Shown piece by piece: positions 48,095-61,817 of a DNA stretch of 64,000 bases; position 1 is the stretch's first letter; each line of letters begins with the position of its first letter. The position numbers and the translations under genes are program-made. Origin of the DNA: Nemertoderma westbladi (lineage: Eukaryota > Animalia > Xenacoelomorpha); assembly GCA_032718475.1 (NCBI GenBank), contig JAUCBJ010000187.1, forward strand, positions 71,482-135,481, read 5' to 3'. Under the pieces are notes generated by a model. It was not told where the DNA came from. It was given only the letters and a program-made list of their open reading frames with translations, and did no database searches.

Positions 48095-48620
48095 AGGAAC
48101 GATCCAAGGCAGTGTCTTGGGGCCGCTATTATTTTTAATTTATATCAATGATCTACCCGAGCTAATACCAAATGTATCCTGCAAATTATTTGCGGATGAC
48201 TTAAAGTTGCACGCGATATCAAGCGATAGTGATTTGCTACACGGCGCACTGCGTATACTGGAAAGCTGGACAGCCGGTTGGCAACTAAACATAGCGGCTC
48301 ATAAGTGCAAGCTGCAAAAGCTTTCAAAATTGCAAACTTAATTTTCAGGTGCTTTCAGACTAGTAACTTGAGTGCTTTATTAACGGCTTACAAATCCTAT
48401 GTGAAACCGCTTGTAGAATATTTTACACCGGTGTGGTCCCCTTTCCATCTGAGTTCTATAGATTTAATATAATAGAAATAGTGCACCCTTACTTTACACG
48501 TAGACTATTTGCTCGATGTGGACTCAGTAGCCGAAGTTATCTGGAACGTTTACAATATTTAACTTTACCACCGTTAGAATTACGTAGGATTGTTTACGAA
48601 TTAAAGATGACTTATTGCAT
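48095..48620 (+). mobile_element. CR1-like LINE RT fragment
   Basis: QGSVLGPLLFLIYINDLP, LFADDLKL, YKSYVKPLVEY..VWSP, LELRR. Confidence 0.8.
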
Positions 48621-50930
48621 TAACATTGCACCTAGCGGTAGAAAAGTAGACAGAGTAGAACAGCTAACATTGCACCTAGCGGTAGAAAAGTAGACAGAGT
48701 AGAACAGCTAACATTGCACCTAGCGGTAGAAAAGTAGACAGAGTAGAACATCTAACATTGCACCTAGCGGTAGAAAAGTAGACCGAGTAGAACAGCTAAC
48801 ATTGCACCTAGCGGTTGAAAAGTAGACAGAGTAGAACATTTAACATTGCACCTAGCGGTAGAAAAGTAGACAGAGTAGAACAGCTAACATTGCACCTATC
48901 GGTAGAAAAGTAGACAGAGTAGAACAGCTAACATTGCACCTATCGGTAGAAAAGTAGACAGAGTAGAACAGCTAACATTGCACCTAGCTGTGGAAAAATA
49001 GAAAAAGTAGAACAGCTAACATTGCACATATCGGTAGAAAAGTAGACCGAGTAGAACAGCTAACATTGCACCTACCGGTAGAAAAGTAGAGCGAGTAGAA
49101 CAGCTAACATTGCACCTATAGGTAGAAAAGTTGACTGAGTAGAACAGCTAACATTGCACATATCGGTAGAAAAGTAGACAGAGTAGAACAGCCAACATTG
49201 CACCTAGCGGTAGAAAAGTAGACAGAGTAGAACAGCTAACATTGCACCTATAGGTAGAAAAGTAGACATAGTAGAATAGCTAACATTACACCTATCGGTA
49301 GAAAAGTAGACCGAGTAGAACAGCTAACATTGCACCTATCGGTAGAAAAGTAGACATAGTAGAACAGCTAACATTGCACCTAGCGGTAGAAAAGTAGACC
49401 GAGTAGAACAGCTAACATTGCACCTACCGGTAGAAAAGTAGAGCGAGTAGAACAGCTAACATTGCACCTATAGGTAGAAAAGTAGACCGAGTAGAACAGC
49501 TAACATTGCACATATCGGTAGAAAAGTAGACCGAGTAGAACAGCTAACATTGCACCTACCGGTAGAAAAGTAGAGCGAGTAGAACAGCTAACATTGCACC
49601 TAGCGGTAGAAAAGTAGACAGAGTAGAACAGCTAACATTGCACCTAGCGGTAGAAAAGTAGACAGAGTAGAACAGCTAACATTGCACCTAGCGGTAGAAA
49701 AGTAGACAGAGTAGAACATCTAACATTGCACCTAGCGGTAGAAAAGTAGACAGAGTAGAACAGCTAACATTGTACCTATCGGTAGAAAAGTAGACCGAGT
49801 AGAACAGCTAACATTGCACCTATAGGTAGAAAAGTAGACCGAGTAGAACAGCTAACATTGCACCTAGCGGTAGAAAAGTAGACAGAGTAAAACAGCTAAC
49901 ATTGCACCTAGCGGTAGAAAAGTAGACAGAGTAGAACAGCTAACATTGCACCTACCGGTAGAAAAGTAGAGCGAGTAGAACAGCTAACATTGCACCTATA
50001 GGTAGAAAAGTAGACCGAGTAGAACAGCTAACATTGCACCTAGCGGTAGAAAAGTAGACAGAGTAGAACAGCTAACATTGTACCTATCGGTAGAAAAGTA
50101 GACCGAGTAGAACAGCTAACATTGCACCTATAGGTAGAAAAGTAGACCGAGTAGAACAGCTAACATTGCACCTAGCGGTAGAAAAGTAGACAGAGTAGAA
50201 CAGCTAACATTGCACCTAGCGGTAGAAAAGTAGACCGAGTAGAACAGCTAACATTGCACCTATAGGTAGAAAAGTAGACCGAGTAGAACAGCTAACATTG
50301 CACATATCGGTAGAAAAGTAGACCGAGTAGAACAGCTAACATTGCACCTACCGGTAGAAAAGTAGAGCGAGTAGAACAGCTAACATTGCACCTAGCGGTA
50401 GAAAAGTAGACAGAGTAGAACAGCTAACATTGCACCTAGCGGTAGAAAAGTAGACAGAGTAGAACAGCTAACATTGCACCTAGCGGTAGAAATGTAGACA
50501 GAGTAGAACATCTAACATTGCACCTAGCGGTAGAAAAGTAGACCGAGTAGAACAGCTAACATTGCACCTACCGGTAGAAAAGTAGAAAAAGTAGAACAGC
50601 TAACATTGCACCTAGCGGTAGAAAAGTAGACATAGTAGAACAGCTAACATTGCACCTAGCGGTAGAAAAGTAGACAGAGTAGAACAGCTAACATTGCACC
50701 AAGCGGTAGAAAAGTAGACAGAGTAGAACAGCTAACATTGCACCTATCGGTAGAAAAGTAGGCAGAGTAGAACAGCTAACCTTACACCTAGCGGTAGAAA
50801 AGTAGACAGAGTAGAAGAGCCAACAAGCACCTATCGGTAGGTAGCTAGACAATGTAGAACAGCCAATATTGGACCTAGTGGGGTAGAAAAGTTGATGTAG
50901 TTAGAAAAAGTAGAACAGCCAACATTTGAC
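48621..50930. repeat. 44-bp minisatellite, about 50 copies
   Basis: Unit TAACATTGCACCTAGCGGTAGAAAAGTAGACAGAGTAGAACAGC; degenerates after about 50770. Confidence 0.97.
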
Positions 50931-51046
50931 ATTTACAACAATTAAAACATTAATAAAACTTTTTGTATAGTTAACTTAACAATAATATTATATTTTTAAT
51001 ATGAATATGAATTCATATAATGTAATTATACAATATACATATATAT

Positions 51047-51512
51047 TAGGGAGGGATGTTGCGAATGTCATATTTATAACACCCGCGGATGCAGATGCGG
51101 ATGCAGATGTCTGAGGTGACATCCGCACGGATGCGGCTGCGGATGCGGATATCTATTAAAACATATATAATTTTGCCTGGCCTCCCTTTTACATCAAAGT
51201 TATACCAGCATTTTAATATTATATTCTAATCTTATATTAATAAACTAACAAGAGTCTAAGGTTATAGAACAGAATGGGACATAATATAACTAAACAATAA
51301 TACAACAAACATTTTTTATATTGTTCCCGCCATCGAGTGTTAGTGTATACTGTATGAAAAGTAATTATTATTGAAAATGTAATTAAGTGGTTGCTGGGCC
51401 TTCAGACAGGATGCTTGAATAGTGCATGTAACATCCGCATGTCACATCCGCCCGCATGCCATGGGTGCGGATGCGGATGCGAAAAATCATGCGGACATTC
51501 GCCACATCCCTA
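51047..51512. mobile_element. hAT-like MITE
   Basis: TAGGG(AGGG)ATGTTGCGAATGTC ... GACATTCGCCACATCCCTA; 8-bp ATATATAT on both flanks; subterminal GCGGAT repeats. Confidence 0.75.
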
Positions 51513-51689
51513 ATATATATAATATAATATAATGTAGTAATATATTTTATTCCCAAATTGTAACATTACTCAACGCTGTTAGTATTAACAGCGAGTTGTA
51601 ATTTAGCATTTTACAACTTTAGAGGTCATTACAGTATTGTATTGGCCTGTACATTTAGTATTATTTTAGTGTTGTACAGTAATGTCCCT

Positions 51690-52151
51690 TGTTTATGTGG
51701 TAACCAATGACGGCGAGCTGTAAAGTTACGGCCTCATTGGTTACCACGCAAACAATAGGTGGTATTTATTAATAATTGCCTGACAGCCAGATAGGCCTAC
51801 TGCATTACCTACCGGTAGCTAATAATAACCAGTAGCTGAAAACTATTAACATGGCTCCAAACGCCACCATAAATATAAGCTAACTTATTTATAACATAAT
51901 TTATGTCATTTTTACATTTATTTATACAGCAACTAATATAATTTGTGCAGTTTCTATCACTTATAATATATGTACAATCATTTCGTAATGTTAAAATTTT
52001 GGAATAAAACTACATACATACTTGTTGCAAAGTACTTTACAGTGTTCTGATCCTCATGGCTTTATTTTCACTCACTCACTAACGTTGGTTCGTGTAACAA
52101 AGCCACTCGGATCATCACACTGTAAAGTGCTACTTTACACACATGTATGTA
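51690..52151. repeat. Two short palindromic (MITE-like) hairpins at 51690-51754 and 52011-52151
   Basis: GTGGTAACCAATGA/TCATTGGTTACCAC and ACTTTACAGTG/CACTGTAAAGT arms. Confidence 0.6.
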
Positions 52152-52269
52152 AATAGTTAGAAATAATATAAAGTACCGGACCTGACCGGTACAAATAATA
52201 GCGTGATATAAACAGGTATATGCCATTGATACCGCGTTAGACGTCGCGTATCAAACAAATTTAACTAAC

Positions 52270-52440
52270 CTGCGATGAATTGAATATGTTTAGCGATGAC
52301 GCTAATTATATTGCTGTTGAAGAGCTTGAGATACTGATTGGACAAGGTGTAGGCGGTGTTTAGCCGGGAGTCTAGTTCGTGGTCCAGCTCATTAAAGTGT
52401 CTCAAATAAATGCGGCCATATTGAGACCATCTACGGGTGC
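52270..52440 (-). CDS. ATG9: ATG9 coding exon (171 bp)
   Basis: GTRRWSQYGRIYLRHFNELDHELDSRLN... matches the conserved ATG9 WSxYxxxxLRHFNELxHEL motif; TAG acceptor, GTTAGT donor, phase compatible with the upstream exon. Confidence 0.92.
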
Positions 52441-52809
52441 CTATAGAGGAGAAAGAAATAAAGTTGCAAGGAATTATTTATTGTCATTGAATTTTTATTG
52501 TATTTCTGTAACTCGGGTTTGTAGCTTTGGATAATACAAACTGTCTGAAACGAATGTATTAGAGTGCGTACCATTTCCAAAGCGCCATGACCCCCCCCCC
52601 CCCCCCCCCAATATATCTAAACTTTTACTAGATTTACCTTGCAACAAGTATTAATTCATGTGCGGCATTCTTTACAAATTTATTTGCGCACCCCGACTGC
52701 GCACGTCGCCGAATGTCGCACTGCCTCAAAGTATGGGAGGCCAGACGATTGTCGACACAGCAGCCAAAGAATACGCGTTGTAGCATTTAGTTCATTAAGA
52801 TTAGTTTAG

Positions 52810-55800
52810 AACTAACCGATGATCGATGGATGGGTCCCGTTTGTAACTAACCGAGTAGCGATCGGTCCCGTTTATAACTAACTAACCGAGTAGCGATCGG
52901 TCCCGTTTGTAAATAACTAACCGAGTAGCAATGGGTCCCGTTTGTAACTAACCGAGTAACGATCGGTCCCGTTTGTAACTAACCGAGTAGCGATCGGTCC
53001 CGTTTGTAACTAACCGAGTAGCGATCGGTCCCGTTTGTAACTAACTAACCGAGTAGCGATCAGTCCCGTTTGTAACTAACCGAGTAGAGATGGGTCCCGT
53101 TTGTAACTAACCGAGTAGAGATGGGTCCCGTTTGTAACTAACCGAGTAGCGATGGGTCCCGTTTGTAACTAACTGAGTAGCGATCGGTCCCGTTTGTAAC
53201 TAACCGAGTAGCGACGGGTCCCGTTTGTAACTAACCGAGTAGCGATCGGTCCCGTTTGTAACTAACCGAGTAGCGATGGGTCCCGTTTGTAACTAACCGA
53301 GTAGCGACGGGTCCCGTTTGTAACTAACTAACCGAGTAGCGATGGGTCCTGTTTGTAACTAACCGAGTAGCTATCGATCCCGTTTGTAACTAACCGAGTA
53401 GCGATGGGTCCCGTTTGTAACTAACCGAGTAGCGACGGGTCCCGTTTGTAACTAACCGAGTAGAGATGGGTCCCGTTTGTAACTAACCGAGTAGCGATGG
53501 GTCCCGTTTGTAACTAACCGAGTAGCGACGGGTCCCGTTTGTAACTAACCGAGTAGCGATCGGTCCCGTTTGTAACTAACTAACCGAGTAGCGATGGGTC
53601 CTGTTTGTAACTAACCGAGTAGCGATCGGTCCCGTTTGTAACTAACCGAGTAGCGATCGGTCCCGTTTGTAACTAACTAACGGAGTAGCGATGGGTCCCT
53701 TTTGTAACTAACCGAGTAGCGATCGGTCCCGTTTGTAACTAACCGAGTAGCGACGGGTCCCGTTTGTAACTAACCGAATAGCATATCGGTCCCGTTTGTA
53801 ACTAACCGAGTAGCGATCGGTCCCGTTTGTAACTAACCGAGTAGCGACGGGTCATGTTTGTAACTAACCGAATAGTGATCGGTCCCGTTTGTAACTAACT
53901 AACCGAGTAGCGATGTGTCCTGTTTGTAACTAACTGAGTAGCGATCGGTCCCGTTTGTAACTAACCGAGTAGCGATCGGTCCCGTTTATAACTAACCGAG
54001 TAGCGACGGGTCCCGTTTGTAACTAACCGAGTAGCGATGGGTCCCTTTTGTAACTAACCGAGTAGCGATCGGTCCCGTTTGTAACTAACCGAGTAGCGAC
54101 GGGTCCCGTTTGTAACTAACCGAATAGCATATCGGTCCCGTTTGTAACTAACCGAGTAGCGATCGGTCCCGTTTGTAACTAACCGAGTAGCGACGGGTCA
54201 TGTTTGTAACTAACCGAATAGTGATCGGTCCCGTTTGTAACTAACTAACCGAGTAGCGATGTGTCCTGTTTGTAACTAACTGAGTAGCGATCGGTCCCGT
54301 TTGTAACTAACCGAGTAGCGATCGGTCCCGTTTATAACTAACCGAGTAGCGACGGGTCCCGTTTGTAACTAACCGAGTAGCGATCGGTCCCGTTTGTAAC
54401 TAACTAACCGAGTAGCGATGGGTCCTGTTTGTAACTAACCGAGTAGCGATCGGTCCCGTTTGTAACTAACCGAGTAGCGATCGGTCCCGTTTGTAACTAA
54501 CCGAGTAGCGATCGGTCCCGTTTGTAACTAACTAACCGAGTAGCGATGGATCCCGTTTGTAACTAACCGAGTAGCGATCGGTCCCGTTTGTAACTAACTA
54601 ACCGAGTAGCGATGGGTCCTGTTTGTAACTAACCGAGTAGCGATCGGTCCCGTTTGTAACTAACCGAGTAGCGATCGGTCCCGTTTGTAACTAACCGAGT
54701 AGCGATCGGTCCCGTTTGTAACTAACTAACCGAGTAGCGATGGGTCCCGTTTGTAACTAACCGAGTAGCGACGGGTCCCGTTTGTAACTAACCGAATAGT
54801 GATCGGTCCCGTTTGTAACTAACTAACCGAGTAGCGATGTGTCCTGTTTGTAACTAACTGAGTAGCGATCGGTCCCGTTTGTAACTAACCGAGTAGCGAT
54901 CGGTCCCGTTTATAACTAACCGAGTAGCGACGGGTCCCGTTTGTAACTAACCGAGTAGCGATCGGTCCCGTTTGTAACTAACTAACCGAGTAGCGATGGG
55001 TCCTGTTTGTAACTAACCGAGTAGCGATCGGTCCCGTTTGTAACTAACCGAGTAGCGATCGGTCCCGTTTGTAACTAACCGAGTAGCGATCGGTCCCGTT
55101 TGTAACTAACTAACCGAGTAGCGATGGATCCCGTTTGTAACTAACCGAGTAGTGACGGGTCCCGTTTGTAACTAACCGAGTAGCGATGGGTCCCGCTTGT
55201 AACTAACCAAGTAGCGATCGGTCCCGTTTGTAACTAACCGAGTAGCGATCGGTCCCGTTTGTAACTAACCGAGTAGCGATCGGTCCCATTTATAACTAAC
55301 TAACCCAGTAGCGATCGGTCCCATTTGTAACTAACCGAGTAGCGATCGGTCCCGTTTGTAACTAACCGAGTAGCGATGGGTCCCGTTTGTAACTAACCGA
55401 GTAGCGATGGGTCCCGTTTGTAACTAACCGAGTAGCGATCGGTCCCGTTTGTAACTAACCGAGTAGCGATCAGTCCCGTTTGTAACTAACCGAGTAGCGA
55501 TCGGTCCCGTTTATAACTAACTAACCCAGTAGCGATCGGTCCCATTTGCAACTAACCGAGTAGCGATCAGTCCCGTTTGTAACTAACCGAGTAGCGATCG
55601 GTCCCGTTTGTAACTAACCGAGTAGCGATGGGTCCCGTTTGTAACTAACCGAGTAGCGATGGGTCCCGTTTGTAACTAACCGAGTAGCGATCGGTCCCAT
55701 TTGTAACTAACCGAGTAGCGATCGGTCCCGTTTGTAACTAACCGAGTAGAGACGGGTCCCGTTTGTAACTAACCGAGTAGCGATCGGTCCCGTTTGTAAC

Positions 55801-57347
55801 TAACCGAGTAGAGATGGGTCCCGTTTGTAACTAACCGAGTAGAGACGGGTCCCGTTTGTAACTAACCGAGTAGTGATCGGTCCCGTTTGTAACTAACCGA
55901 GTAGAGATGGGTCCCGTTTGTAACTAACCGAGTAGCGTCGGGTCCCATTTGTAACTAACCGAGTAGCGATCGGTCCCGTTTGTAACTAACCGAGTAGCGA
56001 CGGGTCCCGTTTGTAACTAACCGAGTAGCGATGGGTCCTGTTTGTAACTAACCGAGTAGCGATCGGTCCCGTTTGTAACTAACCGAGTAGCGATCGGTCC
56101 CGTTTATAACTAACTAACCCAGTAGCGATCGGTCCCATTTGTAACTAACCGAGTAGCGATCGGTCCCGTTTGTAACTAACCGAGTAGCGATCGGTCCCGT
56201 TTGTAATTAACCGAGTAGCAACGGGTCCTGTTTGTAACTAACCGAGTAGCGATCGGTCCCGTTTATAACTAACTAACCGAGTAGCGATCAGTCCCATTTG
56301 TAACTAACCGAGTAGCGATCGGTCCCGTTTGTAACTAACCGAGTAGCGATCGGTCCCGTTTATAACTAACTAACCGAGTAGCGACCAGTCCCGTTTGTAA
56401 CTAACTAACCGAGTAGCGATGGGTCCCGTTTGTAACTAACCGAGTAGCGACGGGTCCCGTTTGTAACTAACCGAGTAGCGATCGGTCCCATTTGTAACTA
56501 ACCGAGTAGCGATGGGTCCCGTTTGTAACTAACCGAGTAGCGACGGGTCCCGTTTGTAACTAACTAACCGAGTAGCGATGGGTCTTGTTTGTAACTAACC
56601 GAGTAGCGATCAGTCCCATTTGTAACTAACCGAGTAACGATGGGTCCCGTTTGTAACTAACCGAGTAGCGACGGGTCCCGTTTGTAACTAACCGAGTAGC
56701 GATCGGTCCCGTTTGTAACTAACTAACCGAGTAGCGATGGGTCCTGTTTGTAACTAACCGAGTAGCGATCGGTCCCGTTTGTAACTAACCGAGTAGTGAT
56801 CGGTCCCGTTTGTAACTAACTAACGGAGTAGCGATGGGTCCCTTTTGTAACTAACCGAGTAGCAATCGGTCCCGTTTGTAACTAACCGAGTAGCGATGGG
56901 TCCCGTTTGTAACTAACCGAATAGCATATCGGTCCCATTTGTAACTAACCGAGTAGCGATCGGTCCCGTTTGTAACTAACTAACCGAGTAGCGATGGGTC
57001 CTGTTTGTAACTAACCAAATAGCGATTGGTCCCGTTTGTAACTAACTAACCGAGTAGCGATGGGTCCTGTTTGTAACTAACCAAGTAGCGATCGGTCCCG
57101 TTTGTAACTAACTGAGTAGCGACGGGTCCCGTTTGTAACTAACCGAGTAGCGATCGGTCCCGTTTGTAACTAACTAACCGAGTAGCGATGGGTCCTGTTT
57201 GTAACTAACTGAGTAGCGATCAGTTCCGTTTGTAACTAACCGAGTAGCGATCGGTCCCATTTGTAACTAACTAACCGAGTAGCAATGGGTCCCATTTGTA
57301 ACTAACCGAGTAGCGATCGGTCCCGTTTGTAACTAACTAACCGAGTA
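52810..57347. repeat. 31-bp (variant 35-bp) satellite, about 140 copies, derived from the ATG9 exon/intron junction
   Basis: Unit GGTCCCGTTTGTAACTAACCGAGTAGCGATC and variants. Confidence 0.97.
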
Positions 57348-60300
57348 TTATGTTCGTTAGGAAATATATTAGGATCTAGACCAAATAACATATATAATAT
57401 CTTATATAGATCAGATATCCTAATGACAGGCAACCAGGGCAGGTACACTACTAAAGTATGTATATGCTGTACTGCTGTACTACCAGCCTGAAATATAGCA
57501 TGAAAGTCGATATTCCTACACACATATCGATATCAAGTTTGTAACAGTCAGAGTCAAGTGTATGATAAACGGTCAGGTGGATGTCGAAGCCTGTTAGAAC
57601 GGCGCATCCCATTGTCCCCTACTCTCAGGTCTTGCATATGATCGTCTTCATCTTCCAGCAACTCCTGTTGTATGGGTCGGATATGAAGGCGATTTCTCCA
57701 CAAGACTCTATAATAAATAATAATAATAATAATTCTTTTATTCATTCTCGATAGTTATAAGCACCAATCGAGGCAGTTTGTCTCAGGCGACAACTGATAA
57801 TTGAATAAGCGTTAAAAGACCACATGCATATAATGCATGAGCTGTACAGTAGAGGACATACAGTATTGTAACAACTTCCAACTTTCAACTCTCCCAGATG
57901 GAAATCGGAGACGGTAATGTATGTGATGAGATGTAGTGAGGACCGTGGCCAATCGATCCCATCGTTTTGAAATGACATTCTGGACTATAACTTTTGTGCC
58001 AGTTTTTATAGGTACAAGAGAAATTGCAGACTGATCATAGTAGAACTTTCGCTTTGCCGCCGTATTAAGTCTATCTTGATTGGCGGATTCGGTATCCTTC
58101 TGCCACTCAGAGGAGTATGCAGACCAATGTGTTGGGATGAGGGACCTCAAGGGGTGACCAAATAACATTTGTGAAGGGGATAGTCCATCCTCGTTGGGAA
58201 CATTACGGAGTTCAAGAAGACCGGATAGAAAGTTGTCACTGGAGATATTGCCACCTGATTTTCGTAGCAGCAATTTTACTTTTTTAACATTTACTTCAGC
58301 ATGGCCATTTCCTTTGGGGTAATGTGGAGATGAAGGTATCCATGTAACTCCCCAGTTAGAAAGGAAATGGCGCATCTCTTCAGCTGCAAATTGGGGCCCA
58401 TTATCGCTTGTTAAAACATTAGGGACTCCCATTGTGGAAAAATATCGTTTCAATACTCGGATCGTATCTGTCGCAGATGGTGTGTGAATAAAGTTATCAA
58501 CAAGAGGATACCCAGTGTATCGATCCGAGTAAATGATGTAATATTTATTGTCATATTGGAAAAAGTCAGTTGATACAGATGCAAATGCACGCTTCGGGAT
58601 ATCATGTTGGATCATTGGCTCGGGTGAAAGTGATGGTTGGCAACATTGACATTCAAAGCATGCCTCGACGGTAGATTTAATGTCTGAAGTATATCCTGGC
58701 CAAAATACACACTGTCGTGCACGACGCTTTGTTCTTTCAATACCCTGGTGACTGGAATGTAATTTACGTAAAACCTCTTTCACCTCAGATGGTGGAATTA
58801 CTATCTGTTGACCGCGGAGTATCAGACCCCCATGAATAGAGAGTTCATCTTTGAATTTTTTGAATGAAGCGACATAAGTCGATTTGCAAGCATTATCACT
58901 AAAATCAGATAGAATAGCAGATATCAATTGTTGATAATTATTGTCATTATCAGCGCGCATGTGTAACTCCTCAAGGATCAAATCCGGGACATTTCTAATC
59001 GTGTTATCTATAACATTCATAAAGAGAGTTGCTTGCTCGGAAATGATCGTTTCTTCGTCATCATCATTGGTCGGTCTATCGACAGGCGACCTAGATAGGG
59101 CATCAGGTATTGCATGTTCTTTACTTTTTTTCCACGTTACATTAAATGTATATCCTGTTAATTTAGAACGATAGTTAAGAACACGTGTATTATCTATGTC
59201 GATCAACCCATATTTATTAAATAATGAAACTAACTGTTGGTGATCAGTTACCACTGTAAAATTGGGAAGGCCGGACAAATACACGTGGCATTTCTTTATT
59301 GCCCATACAATTGCGAGAGCCTCGAGTTCTACTATTGCGTATCTAGACTCGACGTCTCTTAAGAATCAGCTTTTACATTGAATTAACCTCCAAATACCTT
59401 CCTGTTTCTGCAATAAAATGAACCCAAGTCCATTCAAGCGAGAGGCATCCGTTTCTAGAACAGTTTCATACGATGGGTCAAACATAGCTAACACTGGCGG
59501 AGATACCAAAAGACATTTAACTGCTTGAAAAGCTGAAGAGTGATCTGGTAGCCAGATGAAATCATTACGGGTTTTCAATAAATCACGGAGGGGACCTGCG
59601 GCACCAGCAATACCGGAACTAAAAGACCCTAACTGGTTAACGAGGCCAAGGAAGCTCCTGAGATTAGATTGAGTAGTTGGAATAGGGAATTCGGATATGG
59701 CACTAACTTTCTTCTCATCTACCGAAATGCTGCCGTGAGAAATATTATATCCAACAAAATGGGTTGTTTCAGCACACAGAGTTGATTTTGCTTTATTCAC
59801 GGTAATATTATGATATGCACATCTCTCGAGTACATCACAGACAATGCGAATTATCCCTTGAATGGTCGATGAACCTATACCGACGTCATCAGTGACCTTT
59901 TGAACGTTAAGGTCAACTAAAGCACAGTCGCCCCTATATGAATAACTATCTCCGGTTGAGACAAATCCCATTGGAGATCGCAGAAACTTGAATTTACCAA
60001 ATGGTGTTATGAACACTGTAAGATCTTGAGCAGCCTCATCCAGAGGCATTTGCCAATACCCTTTTACGAAATCCAGTTTAGCAAAAAACTTATCAGTTGG
60101 TAAAAAGCCAGACACAGCTTCGGCTGGGGTCTTTGTATGATATGAAGTCCGCAGTACTTGGGAATTTAACTTAGTCAAATCTACACAAAGTCTAATATTG
60201 CCATTTGGATCATTGGGTTTTGGCGTTATAACAATCGGATGACACCACTGTGTCGGAATATCGCCTACAGGTTCTATAATTTTACTTTCAACCATATAGT

Positions 60301-61817
60301 CTAGGTTTTCTTTGACTTTATCCCGCAATGCGTATGGCACTTGTCGGGCAGCATGAATTGCAAAAGGTATTGCGTCAGGTTTAAGTGTAACTGTCATTGG
60401 TGACCCAACAACACCACCTGTCATTGGGCGTAACCCCTCCACATCATTGAACACTATAGAATATATAGAGTATAGTTTCTGGAGGATTTCATTGCTAATG
60501 TTTACTGTTAAATCGGATTTAGGTAAACTTTCTATCCATTGTTCACGATTTGGCCAAATTTTGGCTGGGATTGGTGCTACTAAAGCATCGACAACAGAAT
60601 CATCGCTTTGGGTGATTGCGTCAACTCCGGACAAGTACATATTGTTGCGATTATCTGTATTAGTAGATACAGGATGAGGAAATGATGGACTAACAATCTT
60701 TAATTGTTTACAATCATCGAGAGAAAGGTAACAACCAATGACATCAAAACAAACAACTACTGTAGTTTTAGTCACTACATCACTAACCATAATGGTGTCA
60801 TTAAACGTACCTGCTTGTTCTAGAATACCACCTCCAACTGTCTTTATTCGACATCTTAACTTGGGTCCGAGTTCGAAGTGGTTCACAAAACCAGAAGAGT
60901 TATAAGGCTCAATACCCATAACGGTAACGCCAGCACCTGTATCTGCCATCATAGTAAACATAGATGATATGTTTCCCGAAACATCAGATGGAGTAATACA
61001 CACTTCAAGTAAGGGTTGAGGAAAATTCTGTAAAGGTGATGAATATATCATTAGTTGATCCTTTTGTTGGAATTGTATGAAAAACACTAATAACTAAATT
61101 TGCGTTTTCATCGTCGTCATAGAAGTCAGAACCATCGTTGACACTGTCTTCATGATCTGGTTCATTATAATCTGACAATTCAATGGCTGCAACCAATCTG
61201 GACGGACAAACGGTAGAATAATGTCCTGTACCGGAACAGGAAACGCATTTTGCATTGCGAGCTGGACAATTTTTGGGTGGGTGTGGTTGTTGTCCACATC
61301 GGCCACACCTACGGCCGGCCATAATTAACTTTATTACCCTCCTTAAATTTTGGATGTTCCGGTTTGGGAGATTTATTATCAGCCCCTTTAAACTTCATTT
61401 TACGTTTATTATATTCTGTTCTCCCAGCATTAACAGATACACCAGAACTGTGACTTTGCCCTAATGACTTAGTAGCTATACGGGCCGATTCCAATGCAAC
61501 AATAAACTTACGAGAATCATTAAAGTTTAGCGGGGGATCTTTTTCTATTAGTTTTTGTTTATCTTCTTCTTCTGACATCGCCAATATGAGTAATGCTGCA
61601 TGTAGACGGTCAGTGGTTACAATACTTGTATTTGCATATTCTCCGAGTTCTTGAATTTCGTTACATAATGAGGTGTATGACTGGCCGTCCGATTGGCGGA
61701 TGGAGAGGAGTACACGCCAATCCAGGTTTGAATTACGCAATGATCGGAGGTAATCGCGGATTTGTTCGTGAATTATATCGATATCAAGTGTTGTATCAGG
61801 AAGAATTTCTAGAGCCC
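57348..61817 (-). mobile_element. pol: 5'-truncated, frameshifted Ty3/Gypsy LTR retrotransposon (gag, PR, RT, RNase H, INT)
   Basis: CCHC knuckles, ADTGA protease, RLCVDLTKLN and DFVKGYWQ RT, TDAS RNase H, HHCC plus SDNGPQF..NGHAE integrase; RT-RH-INT order. Confidence 0.92.

Noticed and set aside
52810-57347. CRISPR-like array (31-bp period; also the 44-bp array)
   Set aside because: Head-to-tail monomers with no unique spacers, no cas genes, and a eukaryotic intron context.
57524-57540. 15-bp match ATATCGATATCAAGT to about 61775-61789 as an LTR or TSD relic
   Set aside because: The right copy is inside gag coding sequence and the match does not extend.
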